Assembly: GCA_050124835.1 (NCBI GenBank) | Contig: JASFEM010000001.1 | Coordinates: 15,280 to 79,279 of the forward strand | DNA: 64,000 bases | From: Syntrophobacterales bacterium | GTDB taxonomy: Bacteria; Desulfobacterota; Syntrophobacteria; BM002 | Direction of reading: 5' to 3' | Part shown: positions 46,129 to 56,769 of the stretch, in pieces | Position numbering within the stretch: the stretch's first letter is position 1 | Layout of the letters: the number at the start of each line of letters is the position of its first letter | Notes under the pieces: model-generated | Databases searched by the model: none | Seen by the model: only the letters and a program-made list of their open reading frames with translations | What the model was told of the DNA's origin: nothing | Position numbers and translations under genes: made by a program

Positions 46129-47093
46129 TGGGCGCCTCCAGCGATAAATACTTCTGCTGCCGCCAACACTTTTTCTACCACCTCTGAGAGGGATCCGTGA
46201 CAGCGAAAGGCTGCAGCATTTTGGTGGCCACCGCCATCATAGGTCCGAGCGAATTCAGCAACGTCTTGCCCACCCCGAGATCGCAAACTGACGTTCACTT
46301 GACCCGAGTCCATTTCTCTGAAAAAGATGGCCACCTCAGCCGTATTGATCGAACGGGGGTAATTGACAAAGCCGTCAGTGTCCATGACACTGGTCCCCGT
46401 CTCTGCCAACATCTTCTGACTAACCACCATGGCGGCCAGGCGGCCATTATCCCTGAGAGTCAGGGTATTGAGGCTGAGCGCCAGTAGCCTCAGCCGCTCC
46501 GGCCTCCTGCTGTCGTAGACGTGGCTGGCCACTTTTACAGGCGCTGCTCCCAGCAAGACCATTTCTGCCGCTATGGCCAGGGCTCTGGCTGTCGTGTTGG
46601 CAAAACGGAATGATCCTGTATCGGTCAAAATGGCGGTGTAGATGTTTTCTGCTGCCTCCGGCGTCAAGGCGACTGGAATGGTCTGAAAAATCTCATAGAG
46701 AATCTCGGCGGTGCTACTGCACTCAGGGCGGACAAGATTTATTTGGCCGAAATCATTACTGGAGCTATGATGATCGATATGAATAACTTTCCCTACGTGC
46801 TGCAAAATCTCGGCAGCACTTCCGATCCGGTCAAGCTCACCACAATCCAGCACCACCGCTACATCAAAACGGTCAGACGTGGGAACCTCCCTGACAATTC
46901 TGTCTGCATAGGGCAAGAATCGTAAAAATCCGGGAACCTCATCCTGGCAGTAGGCCACCACCTGCTTACCCATCTCCTCAAGCACCAAGGCAAGCGCACC
47001 CAATGAACCGATGGCGTCGCCGTCTGGATTTACGTGTGTCGCCAACAGGAAGCTATTATTGCGCCTGAATTCTCTTGCAATGGTCGAGATCAT
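46125..47093 (-). CDS. nrnA: DHH/DHHA1 phosphoesterase (NrnA-like nanoRNase/pAp phosphatase).
   Basis: DHH motifs (HVNPDGDAIGS, DHH) and DHHA1 GGGH. Confidence 0.85.
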   Translation of the reverse strand: MISTIAREFRRNNSFLLATHVNPDGDAIGSLGALALVLEEMGKQVVAYCQDEVPGFLRFLPYADRIVREVPTSDRFDVAVVLDCGELDRIGSAAEILQHVGKVIHIDHHSSSNDFGQINLVRPECSSTAEILYEIFQTIPVALTPEAAENIYTAILTDTGSFRFANTTARALAIAAEMVLLGAAPVKVASHVYDSRRPERLRLLALSLNTLTLRDNGRLAAMVVSQKMLAETGTSVMDTDGFVNYPRSINTAEVAIFFREMDSGQVNVSLRSRGGQDVAEFARTYDGGGHQNAAAFRCHGSLSEVVEKVLAAAEVFIAGGAQ

Positions 47094-47443
47094 TCCGTAT
47101 CAGATTCCTTCAACTCTGTAAGGAGACGGTCAATGTGAGATCCGTATTCTAGAGAACCATCGAAGCAAAATTCGATGTCAGGGATGCGCCGCAGATGCAA
47201 CCGTTTGCTAAGCTCACGTTTGACAAATCCGCTCGCACTCTCCAGTCCAAGAGCCGCTGCAGCCCTCCTTTCATCATCACCAAACAAGCTATAAAATATT
47301 TTGGCATGTCGAAGGTCTGGCGACACCTTCACATCGGTCAAAGTGATCTCATGGAGACGAGGGTCTTTAACCTTACGGAGCAGAACCTCTGCAAGCTCTT
47401 TCAATATGAGGTCCGCAACCCGATCAGCCCGTTTGTGTTCCAT
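47090..47443 (-). CDS. rbfA: Ribosome-binding factor A.
   Basis: 117 aa. RbfA KH-like signature with a 4-bp overlap with nrnA. Confidence 0.9.
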   Translation of the reverse strand: MEHKRADRVADLILKELAEVLLRKVKDPRLHEITLTDVKVSPDLRHAKIFYSLFGDDERRAAAALGLESASGFVKRELSKRLHLRRIPDIEFCFDGSLEYGSHIDRLLTELKESDTE

Positions 47444-47490
47444 GATTTCCTTGATTCTCCATACTAGATCCTCGATCCTGGATCGAGTGT

Positions 47491-47778
47491 CTAGAAGTGA
47501 ATCAACTCTCTTTGAACATCCACAATCTCAGCCAACTGCAGGTCTTCGACGAAATTGATTGCCTTGTCCAATTTTGAGTCAATGTATCTCGACTGATTGC
47601 CAACTGCGACAATTCCCAACTCTCCAGTCTGCCATATATCTTGGGCATCGGTCTCAGCCACCGCTAAATTGAAACGCTGACGCAGTCGCTCGCAAATTCG
47701 CTTTATTACCTTACGTTTGCCCTTGAGGCTGTGGTTACCCGGCAACCGCAAACTCAGCTTGACAATTCCCACAACCAT
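47491..47778 (-). CDS. DUF503 family protein (YlxP-like), in its conserved position between infB and rbfA.
   Basis: 95 aa with a conserved GKR-rich N-terminus and the expected position. Confidence 0.75.
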   Translation of the reverse strand: MVVGIVKLSLRLPGNHSLKGKRKVIKRICERLRQRFNLAVAETDAQDIWQTGELGIVAVGNQSRYIDSKLDKAINFVEDLQLAEIVDVQRELIHF

Positions 47779-47975
47779 CTTTCCGCCTCGGCGAAGCTCC
47801 CAATCATTGACATAGATCGAAAAGGTGGAAGGATATTTGAGATTTTAGATTTGAGAATGCAGATTTAAGCTTTAAGAGGCTAGAACCAAACAGTTAAGGA
47901 ACGTATGCAACCTCAATCTGCGATCTGAAATCTTAAATTATATTTCTTTGTGGCTACTTGGTTTGGCCGCCCTAT

Positions 47976-50621
47976 CTATTCCTTCTTGTTATCTTTACCA
48001 GGCTCCAGGACCGCTTTGATCTCTTCAATGGTGTAGGTTTCCAAAATATCGCCAATTTTAATATCGTTGAAATTTGCTATGCCAATACCACAATCCTGAC
48101 CTGCCTTGACCTCTTTGACTTCATCTTTGTAGCGCCTGAGTGAGGCGATTTTGCTGTCGTTGATCACCACGTCATCACGCAAAACTCTGATCTTGGCTCC
48201 AAGTTCCACCCGGCCTTCCTCTACCATACAGCCAGCCACTGTCCCCACACGGGACACCTTAAAAGTCTTGAGCACCTCGGCCCGCCCCATGGAGTGCTCT
48301 TTGTAGATGGGCTCCAGCATGCCTTCCATTGCGTCTTTTACATCAGCAACCAGTTGATAGATGACGTCGTAGAAGCGCAGATCCACCTTCTCAGCTTCGG
48401 CCAACTCTTGAACTTTCTGAGGGGCCCTAACGCTAAAGCCAATAACTATGGCGTCAGAAGCTGAGGCCAGCATTATATCAGTCTCGGTAACCGCCCCAGC
48501 AGCACTGTGAATGACGTTAACTTTGATTTCCTCGGTACTGAGGTTGTTCAAGGAGTCTATAATTGCCTCCAAGGAGCCCTGCACGTCAGCTTTGAGAACC
48601 ATCTTGAGCTCTTTGGTTTCCCCTTCTTTGATTCGGGCGAAAAGGTTATCCAAGGTCACCTTGGTCGCTCTGGAAAGCTCAGCTTCGCGGAGCTTCAGCT
48701 GCCTGTGGGCTGCTACCTGTCTTGCCTGTTTCTCATCGTCCACAACCACAAACTCGTCGCCTGCCTGTGGCACCCCTGATATACCGTGGACCTCCACCGG
48801 CATCGAGGGCAGTGCTTGTTCCACTTTGCGCCCATGATCATCTAGCATGGCTCGCACTCTTCCGTGGAATGTCCCACAGACGAAAGGATCTCCGGCTCGC
48901 AGGGTCCCCGCCTGCACCAAAACGGTAGCCAACGGGCCTTTGCCTGTGTCCAATCTAGCCTCGATCACCCGGCCTCTGGACTTCTTGTTGGGATTGGCCT
49001 TGAGTTCCATAAGCTCTGCCTGGAGCAGGATTAGCTCGAGCAATTCATCCAGACCTATCTTCTTCTTGGCAGAGACTTCAACCATTGTGGTGCTGCCACC
49101 CCACTCCTCCGGGGACAGATCCCTTTCAGCCAGCTCTCGTTTAACTCGATCTGGATTGGCGTTATCCTTATCTATTTTATTGATGGCCACAAGGATGGGA
49201 ATATCTGCCGCCTGGGCATGGTTGATTGCCTCAACCGTTTGCTGCATGACCCCATCGTCCGCCGCCACCACTAAAACAACCAGATCTGTTACCCGGGCAC
49301 CGCGGGCCCGCATGGCGGTAAAGGCCTCATGCCCAGGTGTGTCCAAGAAAACAACCTGCCCGGCATCTAGGCTGACATTGTAGGCACCAATATGCTGGGT
49401 GATACCTCCAGCCTCTCTCTCTGTCACCCTCGTCTCTCTGATGGCATCAAGCAGGGAGGTTTTACCGTGGTCAACGTGTCCCATAATGGTTACTACCGGA
49501 GGTCTAGGTTTCAGGTCTTCCTCCCGATCAGGTGTGGACTGGATGATTTCTGTTTCCTCAAAACCTGTCTTCTCCGCCTCATAGTCAAATTCCGCTGTTA
49601 CCAGAACGGCGGTGTCAAAATCAATTGCCTGGTTCATGGTTGCCATAAGGCCCAAATCCATGAGCTTCTTGATCACTTCGCCACCTTTGACTCCCATGCG
49701 CTTGGCTAGACTAGCGACGGTAATAGCCTCGTCGAGTTTGATTCTCCGCTTGACCGCCTTAGGTACGGTAATCTCAGTTTTCTTGACATCTTTGGCAACA
49801 GGACGCGCAATCTTCCGGCCTTTCATGACCCGGCCCGGCATGGAACGTTTTTCGTAAAGATCAGCCCCGCTTACCACCTCCTTACGGCGACTCGGAAATT
49901 TTTTTCTAGCGGGCCGAGCCTCTTCGTCTTCCACCCGTGCTTTTCTGCCTTTTTTCCTCTTTGCTTTGGCTGGCTTTTTTTCTTCCTCTAATCCAGGTGC
50001 AGGCTCTGAGGGCAAGGGTTCAACCGCTTTAGCCACTTGTCTTGCTGGCTTCTCAGTTTCGGGCTCTTCTTCAGATGGGGGAGGCGCAACTTCAGGAGCT
50101 CGCTCAGGAAGCTTGATGATCTTTGCAGCGGGCTCTCTTTTAACTTTCCGCCGGGGCTTTTTAACCTTCTTTTTTTCCTCAGCTATTTTTTTCTTTGGTT
50201 TCGGCTTCTTAACAACCTCCGGTGCTGGCTCAACCTCTTCCTTTTCTTCGGGTTCTGCTTCTGGCTGGGGCTCCTCCTCGGCTGGCATTTCCTCCAGCTC
50301 CACTTCTTCCACCGACAAATCGGGGGGAGCGTCTGTGGCGGCTACTTCATCTACCTCAGCTTCAAGCTCCATCTCTTCAGGCGCTGGCTCAGCCTTGACG
50401 ATTTTTCGCCGTCTGCGGATGACCCCACGTCGAACCCGCTTTTCGACAATTAGTTGTTGCGAGCGACCTTCCACTGTGTCACGCACCAGCTGGGCCTCCT
50501 CTTCATCCAATGAACTCATATGCCCTTTAATCTGAATGCCCAAATCGCTGATGCGTTCAACCAGCTCTTTGTTGGCCATGTCCAGTTCTTTTGCTAGCTC
50601 GTAAACCCTCAACTTCGCCAT
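47976..50621 (-). CDS. infB: Translation initiation factor IF-2.
   Basis: 881 aa. A Lys/Glu/Pro-rich N-terminal region, then G-domain GHVDHGKT and DTPGH, then C-terminal beta-barrels. Confidence 0.95.
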   Translation of the reverse strand: MAKLRVYELAKELDMANKELVERISDLGIQIKGHMSSLDEEEAQLVRDTVEGRSQQLIVEKRVRRGVIRRRRKIVKAEPAPEEMELEAEVDEVAATDAPPDLSVEEVELEEMPAEEEPQPEAEPEEKEEVEPAPEVVKKPKPKKKIAEEKKKVKKPRRKVKREPAAKIIKLPERAPEVAPPPSEEEPETEKPARQVAKAVEPLPSEPAPGLEEEKKPAKAKRKKGRKARVEDEEARPARKKFPSRRKEVVSGADLYEKRSMPGRVMKGRKIARPVAKDVKKTEITVPKAVKRRIKLDEAITVASLAKRMGVKGGEVIKKLMDLGLMATMNQAIDFDTAVLVTAEFDYEAEKTGFEETEIIQSTPDREEDLKPRPPVVTIMGHVDHGKTSLLDAIRETRVTEREAGGITQHIGAYNVSLDAGQVVFLDTPGHEAFTAMRARGARVTDLVVLVVAADDGVMQQTVEAINHAQAADIPILVAINKIDKDNANPDRVKRELAERDLSPEEWGGSTTMVEVSAKKKIGLDELLELILLQAELMELKANPNKKSRGRVIEARLDTGKGPLATVLVQAGTLRAGDPFVCGTFHGRVRAMLDDHGRKVEQALPSMPVEVHGISGVPQAGDEFVVVDDEKQARQVAAHRQLKLREAELSRATKVTLDNLFARIKEGETKELKMVLKADVQGSLEAIIDSLNNLSTEEIKVNVIHSAAGAVTETDIMLASASDAIVIGFSVRAPQKVQELAEAEKVDLRFYDVIYQLVADVKDAMEGMLEPIYKEHSMGRAEVLKTFKVSRVGTVAGCMVEEGRVELGAKIRVLRDDVVINDSKIASLRRYKDEVKEVKAGQDCGIGIANFNDIKIGDILETYTIEEIKAVLEPGKDNKKE

Positions 50622-50684
50622 GCAACCCCCCGATTGCTATGAATCTACTTCCCATTGTTAATCAAAGCTGCACTCCGACGTGCT

Positions 50685-50996
50685 TTATTGGAGTTGTCGT
50701 TCATTGAGGTGCTCGCCATAGCTCTGGAGAGCTTCCGCCATTGTCAAAGCGGGATCCCAGCCATCAGCGGATAGTGACTGTCGGAATGCTTTTTGGAGCT
50801 GCTCAAGTTTCAGCCGCGCCAGACATTCCGGCCTCGAGCAGACATAGCCACCCCGACCGGAGTATCTTTGGCGTCGGTCCAAGCACACCCTGCTTTCATC
50901 ATCCAGCGCCAATCTAAGTAGCTCCATTTTGGCTTTCTTGCCGCCACAGACAATGCAGGTGCGCTGCGGCACTCGGCTCTTCTCTCTTTTGCTCAT
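50685..50996 (-). CDS. ylxR: YlxR/DUF448 family RNA-binding protein.
   Basis: RTCIVCG motif and its position between nusA and infB. Confidence 0.8.
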   Translation of the reverse strand: MSKREKSRVPQRTCIVCGGKKAKMELLRLALDDESRVCLDRRQRYSGRGGYVCSRPECLARLKLEQLQKAFRQSLSADGWDPALTMAEALQSYGEHLNERQLQ

Positions 50997-52294
50997 GATT
51001 CTGCTTCGTCACCCTCTTCGACCGTGCTGCTTTCTTTCTCCTCGGCAGCAGCCTCCTCTTGCTCGACCACGTAGTCCTTGGCCGCCTCAACAAACTTTGT
51101 CGCCTTCTGCTGGCTGATACCCGGAATTGCCACCAACTCTTCAGACTGGGCGCTAGCCAGTTCTTCGGCCGAGCCAAAGCCAGCCTCGTAAAGATGTTCT
51201 GCGGTAGCATCCCCAATACCAGGTAGTGCCATAAGCGATTGGAAACCTTCTTTAAGTGATTTTTGGTATTTAGCTTCACTCTTGACGTCAATGCGCCACT
51301 CTGCAAGCTTCGAAGCCAATCGCACATTCTGACCGCGCTTGCCGATGGCTAGCGAGAGCTGATCGTCGGGAACAATGACCTCCATGAGCCGATTTGCCTG
51401 GTCAATTACCACTTTAGAGATAACTGCAGGTGCCAGTGCATTGCATACGAACTTGGCCGGATCCGGGTTGTATTCGATGATGTCAATCTTCTCGCCTCGC
51501 AGTTCCTGGACGACGCTTTGCACCCTAGATCCCTTCATTCCCACGCAGGCACCCACCGGATCAATGTCGGGATCTTTTGAAGTGACGGCTATTTTAGCCC
51601 TGCTTCCCGGCTCCCGGGTCGCTCCCATGATCGTTACAATCCCTTCAGCAATCTCGGGCACCTCTAAAGTGAAAAGGTTGATGAGGAAATCTGGGTGGGT
51701 GCGGCTGAGGATAATTTGCGGCCCGCGAGCTTCTCTGTTGACCTCGAGAACGTAAGCCCGAATGCGATCTCCTCTCCTGTAAGTTTCTCGGGGGACCTGC
51801 TCCCGATATGGTATGACGGCTTCGGCTCGACCCAAGTTAACGGTAATCCCCCCTTTGTCCAGCCGCTGAACTATGCCATTGATGATCTCACCACGGCGGT
51901 CCTTGTAATCCTCGTAGATCATCTCTCGCTCTGCATCCTTCATTTTCTGGATGATGACCTGCTTGGCAGACTGGGCCGCAATACGACCAAAGGTGTCGGT
52001 GTCGAGCTTGATACCCAGGCTGTCGCCGAGCTCGCAATCAGGATCCAGTTGACGTCCCTCCTTGAGGGATATTTCCAGCATCGGATCCGCCACCTTTTCC
52101 ACGACCTCTTTGAATTGAAAGGCTTCGATTTCTCCGTACTCATCGTTGTAGGCTACCTCCAGATCGAGATCATGGCCGTACTTCTTCCTGGCGGCAGAAC
52201 GCATGGCCTCCTCTAAGGTGGTAATGAGCACATCTCGTTCGATGCCTTTATCTCTACTGACCTGCTCGATTAGCCTTTTTAAGTCCGGGATCAT
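50993..52294 (-). CDS. nusA: Transcription termination/antitermination factor NusA.
   Basis: N-terminal domain, S1 and KH1/KH2 domains, and an acidic C-terminal repeat. The start was chosen at MIPDLKRLIEQ. Confidence 0.93.
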   Translation of the reverse strand: MIPDLKRLIEQVSRDKGIERDVLITTLEEAMRSAARKKYGHDLDLEVAYNDEYGEIEAFQFKEVVEKVADPMLEISLKEGRQLDPDCELGDSLGIKLDTDTFGRIAAQSAKQVIIQKMKDAEREMIYEDYKDRRGEIINGIVQRLDKGGITVNLGRAEAVIPYREQVPRETYRRGDRIRAYVLEVNREARGPQIILSRTHPDFLINLFTLEVPEIAEGIVTIMGATREPGSRAKIAVTSKDPDIDPVGACVGMKGSRVQSVVQELRGEKIDIIEYNPDPAKFVCNALAPAVISKVVIDQANRLMEVIVPDDQLSLAIGKRGQNVRLASKLAEWRIDVKSEAKYQKSLKEGFQSLMALPGIGDATAEHLYEAGFGSAEELASAQSEELVAIPGISQQKATKFVEAAKDYVVEQEEAAAEEKESSTVEEGDEAES

Positions 52295-52493
52295 AACCAC
52301 TGTTCTCCATAAGTTGGGACACACATTTTCACAGACACACACGGATGGCTAAAATATCGCCATACCTTGAACAGCTGTCCGCCTGGCCTGACCCTTTCTT
52401 GCGACCGGGCACCGCGAAACCAGCAGATAATTCCGGCTGAGAGTGTTGGTATGGATATCCTGATAATCTGTGTTCATCTGTTTCCTACTGCAG

Positions 52494-52964
52494 TCAAAAC
52501 TCGTGCACCAAGTTGGCCTTCTTGATGTCCTCCAAGGCGACAGAGCAACGGCCATCCGGGGCAGCTACAATCACCGCCTCGTCTTCTATTCCCACGAGCT
52601 GACCAACTATCTTCTTCCGCCCCTCTATGGGCGAGACCAGCCTCAGCTGTATCTTGCGGCCGGCAAAACGAGAAAAGTCCTCCTTCTTGCGAATTCGTCT
52701 ATCCAAGCCCGGTGAAGAAACTTCCAGCACGTAAGCCTGGGGAATTATGTCTTTTACATCAAGCAAATCTCCCAGCTGCCGGCTAATATAAGCGCAATCA
52801 TCGACAGTGACTCCGCCGTCTTTGTCAATGAAAAGCCTCACCACCCAACGGGATCCCTCCCTGCGATACTCGAGGTCCACCAACTCCATCCCCTCTGAGG
52901 TCACAAGGGATTCGGCAACTTCCTCCACCTGTGTTTGAATCTGTGCTTGTAACTCTTTGTTCAT
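52494..52964 (-). CDS. rimP: Ribosome maturation factor RimP.
   Basis: RimP signature VLEVSSPGLDR. The start was chosen at MNKELQ. Confidence 0.88.
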   Translation of the reverse strand: MNKELQAQIQTQVEEVAESLVTSEGMELVDLEYRREGSRWVVRLFIDKDGGVTVDDCAYISRQLGDLLDVKDIIPQAYVLEVSSPGLDRRIRKKEDFSRFAGRKIQLRLVSPIEGRKKIVGQLVGIEDEAVIVAAPDGRCSVALEDIKKANLVHEF

Positions 52965-53199
52965 ATACAAAAAAAGTGGGCTAGCGCCCACTTCTCTTAG
53001 CAGACTAGATTATAACGCAATTGACTACAAAAGTTAGCTTTTGAAGCAAATAAAATTATAACCTAAAAATCCACTAATCGAAGTAAGCTTGCTGCCGCTG
53101 ACTATCTGTCAACCGAGCGGCCACCTCAAAAAGGGATCTGAACAACGGCCTTTGCCGTGCTCCCTCCGGCGTTCTTTCCAGACTTGCTGGACCAGCCGA

Positions 53200-53275
53200 T
53201 GGAGCGGGCAACGGGACTCGAACCCGCGACACCGAGCTTGGGAAGCTCGTACTCTACCAGCTGAGCTATGCCCGC
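53200..53275 (-). tRNA. tRNA-Gly (anticodon CCC), CCA-encoded.
   Basis: The cloverleaf was folded by hand. Acceptor stem GCGGGCA/TGCCCGC, U8, D-loop AGCTGGTA, anticodon loop TTCCCAA, T-loop TTCGAGT, discriminator U. It is close to E. coli glyU. Confidence 0.9.
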
Positions 53276-53496
53276 TCAAACGTAAGGCAGTCTAATCAAT
53301 TGGGTATTTTTTGTCAACCTTTTTCGCCTCTATTCAACCACAGTTACGGCGATTTCAGTCACTGAACCCACCGCGTTCTGGCATTGACACAAACATGGTC
53401 GTGTGATACCCAAACTCAGATCTGCTGAATCCATTCTATCCGTAAGGAAACCGGGCTTTTTGTTCGGAGGGATGAGATGAGAAAGGAGGGAAACTC

Positions 53497-54582
53497 TTGT
53501 CTAGCACGGTTAAAAAATTCCAACCTCTTGGTGCTGCCACCCTGATTGGCAGTCTGCCGCATCAAAACCGGGACAAGGCCATAAATTTGGTATTTGAGGA
53601 AATCGGTGAAATACCCGTATGGCCGCAGCTCTCCCCATATCCATCCGAACAAATGTTGCTGCAGTATAATGAGGGATTGCCCGGATTGGTTCGCCAAAAC
53701 AATGGTGCACTATTTATCACCTCGGACCCGAGCTTTGAAGACGAGCTTCTTCGCTTCTATGAAGAATACCTGGCGGTCACCAACGGCGAACTGGATTTGA
53801 CCCAGTCCCGCTTCCAATTTGGCGTGGATAGTGGCAAGACCTTTTTTTCCTTTTTGGACCGCTTGGATCGGCAACAGCCACCTCCCACTGCAGTGAAGGG
53901 GCAGACTACCGGTCCTTTTACACTGCTGGCAGGACTCAAAGACGAAAATGACCGCCTTGCTCTCTACGATCCGAGGCTTCGAGATGCGGTGGTTAAAACC
54001 TTGGCATTGAAGGCACAGTGGCAGGTGGAACAGCTGAGCCGGTTCTCACTCCCTACAATTTTGTTTATCGACGAACCAGCTTTGGCCGGCTTCGGGTCAT
54101 CGGCCTTCATCAGCATTTCGGCAGAAGAGGTCACCACCATGCTTGAGGAGGTAACCAGTCACATTCACAAAGCTGGCGGCCTCGCCGGGATTCACGTTTG
54201 TGCAAACACTGATTGGTCCCTTTTTTTCGGCGGCTCTCTCGATGTGATCAATTTCGATGCCTATACCTACTTTGATCGTTTCGCCCTCTATCGGCAGGAT
54301 CTGGTTTCGTTTTTTGACAGGGGTGGCATTATCGCTTGGGGTATCATTCCCACCATGGATGCAAAGGATATTGAACAAGAGAGTGCCGACTCCCTGGTCA
54401 GCCGCTGGCGCCAGCAGATTGATGAGTTGACCGGCAAAGATCTCCCACTGGAGACCATCTTTGCACAGTCGCTCATAACACCAAGTTGCGGCTGCGGAAC
54501 GCTTAACGAATCTCTGGCCGAACGAGTCATTCATCTCACCCGTGCGGTGTCAGAACAGTTGCGGCGAGAGATAGGTAATTAG
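53497..54582 (+). CDS. Short cobalamin-independent methionine-synthase-like (MetE C-terminal/Meth_synt_2 fold) methyltransferase-family protein.
   Basis: 361 aa. Zn-site-like motifs FIDEPAL, HVCANTDW and PSCGCGTL. TTG start with a GAAAGGAGGG RBS. Confidence 0.65.
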   Translation: MSSTVKKFQPLGAATLIGSLPHQNRDKAINLVFEEIGEIPVWPQLSPYPSEQMLLQYNEGLPGLVRQNNGALFITSDPSFEDELLRFYEEYLAVTNGELDLTQSRFQFGVDSGKTFFSFLDRLDRQQPPPTAVKGQTTGPFTLLAGLKDENDRLALYDPRLRDAVVKTLALKAQWQVEQLSRFSLPTILFIDEPALAGFGSSAFISISAEEVTTMLEEVTSHIHKAGGLAGIHVCANTDWSLFFGGSLDVINFDAYTYFDRFALYRQDLVSFFDRGGIIAWGIIPTMDAKDIEQESADSLVSRWRQQIDELTGKDLPLETIFAQSLITPSCGCGTLNESLAERVIHLTRAVSEQLRREIGN

Positions 54583-54761
54583 GCCAGAAAGTCTCCCTCC
54601 ACTCAGTGCCACTCGTTCAAATCAGGAATCCGGAAAGAATCTGCCAGAGCAATCGTTTGCGTTTGTGTTCTTTTTAGCTTCATTGTATGTATAAGAGCCG
54701 ATCTGATTGTGCAATCACGCAACAGCAGGTCAGCCATATTTCTAATTGATAAGGGGAATCA

Positions 54762-56060
54762 ATGGATATCAAGCAAACAGCGATACAGGCCAAGGAAGCA
54801 TCCATTAGGCTTGCGGCGGTCAGAAGCGAGATGAAAGACCGGGCGCTCGCCGCAATCGCCCGGGCACTGGAGATCAACAAGACTGAAATCATATCGGCCA
54901 ACCGTGCCGATATGGAAAGGTCCGAAAGAGAGAATTTGGCCGCACCTTTGCTGAAGAGATTAAGATTTGCTGAAGATAAGATCAAAGAAGCGTGTGAGGG
55001 TCTGGAGAGTTTAATTGGGCTTGAGGATCCTGTGGGAATTACTTTGAGTGCTTTGGAGATGGACGAAGGCCTTGAGCTCTATAAGGTAAGTTGTCCCATT
55101 GGCGTGATCGGCGTTGTTTTTGAATCCAGACCCGACGCCCTTGTGCAGATATCGTCGCTTTGCCTAAAAAGTGGCAACGCAGTCCTTCTAAAAGGTGGCA
55201 GTGAGGCGGCTGAAACAAACCGCATTCTGGCGGATATCATTGATAGGGCAAGTGTCCAAGCAGGTATCCCCGCAGGCTGGCTCGGGCTTTTGGAAACCCG
55301 GGCCGATGTTGCCGACATGCTTGGGATGGATAATTACATCGACCTCATCGTGCCCCGAGGCAGCAACGAGTTTGTTCAGCATATCATGGAAAACACAAAC
55401 ATCCCTGTCTTGGGTCACGCCGACGGCATATGCCATGTTTATGTTGACAGTCAGGCGGATCTAGACATGGCTGTCCGCATCGTCGTGGACAGCAAATGTC
55501 AGTATGTCGCGGTGTGTAATGCTGCCGAGACCTTACTGGTGCACCAGGATATCGCTTCCGTTTTCTTGCCACAACTGAAAGTGGCCCTTGAAGAAAAAGG
55601 GGTAGAAATCCGTGGCTGCGAGGAGACTCTCCAGATAATTGACGTCAAACCTGCAACAGAGCAAGACTGGCAAACCGAATATCTGGATTTAATCCTGGCG
55701 GTCAAAATCGTCGACAGTCTGGACGAGGCGATCAATCACATCAACAGATACGGCTCGGGACACACCGACGTGATCGTGACCGCCGACAAGGCGAGGAGCA
55801 TCAAATTCATGGACCACGTGGATTCTGCCGGCGTATTTGTCAACTGCAGCAGCAGGTTCGCCGACGGGTTTCGTTATGGTTTGGGGGCAGAGGTCGGCAT
55901 CAGCACCAACAAGATCCACGCACGCGGGCCGGTGGGATTGGAAGGGCTGGTGATCTACAAATGGCGGCTCATCGGCAAGGGCCAACTGGTTGCAGATTAT
56001 TCGGGCAAGGACGCTAGAGCTTTTACCCACAGAAGACTCGAGAAAGATTTTATATTGTAG
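54762..56060 (+). CDS. proA: Gamma-glutamyl phosphate reductase.
   Basis: 432-aa aldehyde dehydrogenase-type ProA with catalytic Cys motif AVCNAAETLLVH. Confidence 0.92.
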   Translation: MDIKQTAIQAKEASIRLAAVRSEMKDRALAAIARALEINKTEIISANRADMERSERENLAAPLLKRLRFAEDKIKEACEGLESLIGLEDPVGITLSALEMDEGLELYKVSCPIGVIGVVFESRPDALVQISSLCLKSGNAVLLKGGSEAAETNRILADIIDRASVQAGIPAGWLGLLETRADVADMLGMDNYIDLIVPRGSNEFVQHIMENTNIPVLGHADGICHVYVDSQADLDMAVRIVVDSKCQYVAVCNAAETLLVHQDIASVFLPQLKVALEEKGVEIRGCEETLQIIDVKPATEQDWQTEYLDLILAVKIVDSLDEAINHINRYGSGHTDVIVTADKARSIKFMDHVDSAGVFVNCSSRFADGFRYGLGAEVGISTNKIHARGPVGLEGLVIYKWRLIGKGQLVADYSGKDARAFTHRRLEKDFIL

Positions 56061-56244
56061 ATTGCAGATTGCAGAATGCAGATTTCCTAGACTGGATTTA
56101 GGATCTGACCTCCAGGTACATTTGTTGCAAATATATGCAGAGGGGAGCTGTATTAAACTGTGACTTTGCTGCCTGCAAAAGCAGGCATAGAAGCAGGATG
56201 GCTCTCAGATTTGCAATCGAAACTGCCCTCTGGACGTTATCTTT

Positions 56245-56628
56245 TTGGATACACCTATGAACGAAAAAGGGCACAGATTCTCAGCAGTGGAAGTCTGCTA
56301 CCCTGTCACTGTGCTGACAGCTGATGGAAACCTGGAAGGAGAAACACGCCTGATCAACAGCAAAGGAGCACTTATCCGCTGTCAAAGACCGCCACGCCTG
56401 TACGAAAGGGCCACTATCAGTATTGATATTTCTGAGCGTGAGACACTAATAGCCGAGGCCGAGGTGGTTCGGTTGGAATTCTACGAGTCGGATGAAAATC
56501 AGGTGATGGCCCCGCGCGGAATGGTGGTACGTTTTACGAACCTCTCAAATCTGGGTCGCCAGCGATTGCGCAATGTAATCGCCAAGCACTATGAGAAAAA
56601 GGTCAAACGATTGACTGCTAAGAACTGA
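56245..56628 (+). CDS. PilZ-domain-like small protein (hypothetical).
   Basis: 127 aa. Weak PilZ-like RxxxR...DxSxxG pattern (QRPPRLY...DISERE). Confidence 0.45.
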   Translation: MDTPMNEKGHRFSAVEVCYPVTVLTADGNLEGETRLINSKGALIRCQRPPRLYERATISIDISERETLIAEAEVVRLEFYESDENQVMAPRGMVVRFTNLSNLGRQRLRNVIAKHYEKKVKRLTAKN

Positions 56629-56769
56629 AGCGCTCCTGATCTACAGGTCGCTTCTTCCTTATCTCGCCTACCACTAAGACCTTGCCTGTCCCGCCCGTCT
56701 CGAGCGAAGCCGCGGGGGACTTCGTCGCGGCGAGCTTGCTTGCCCTCCGGCGGACATAGGCGAGGCTAG

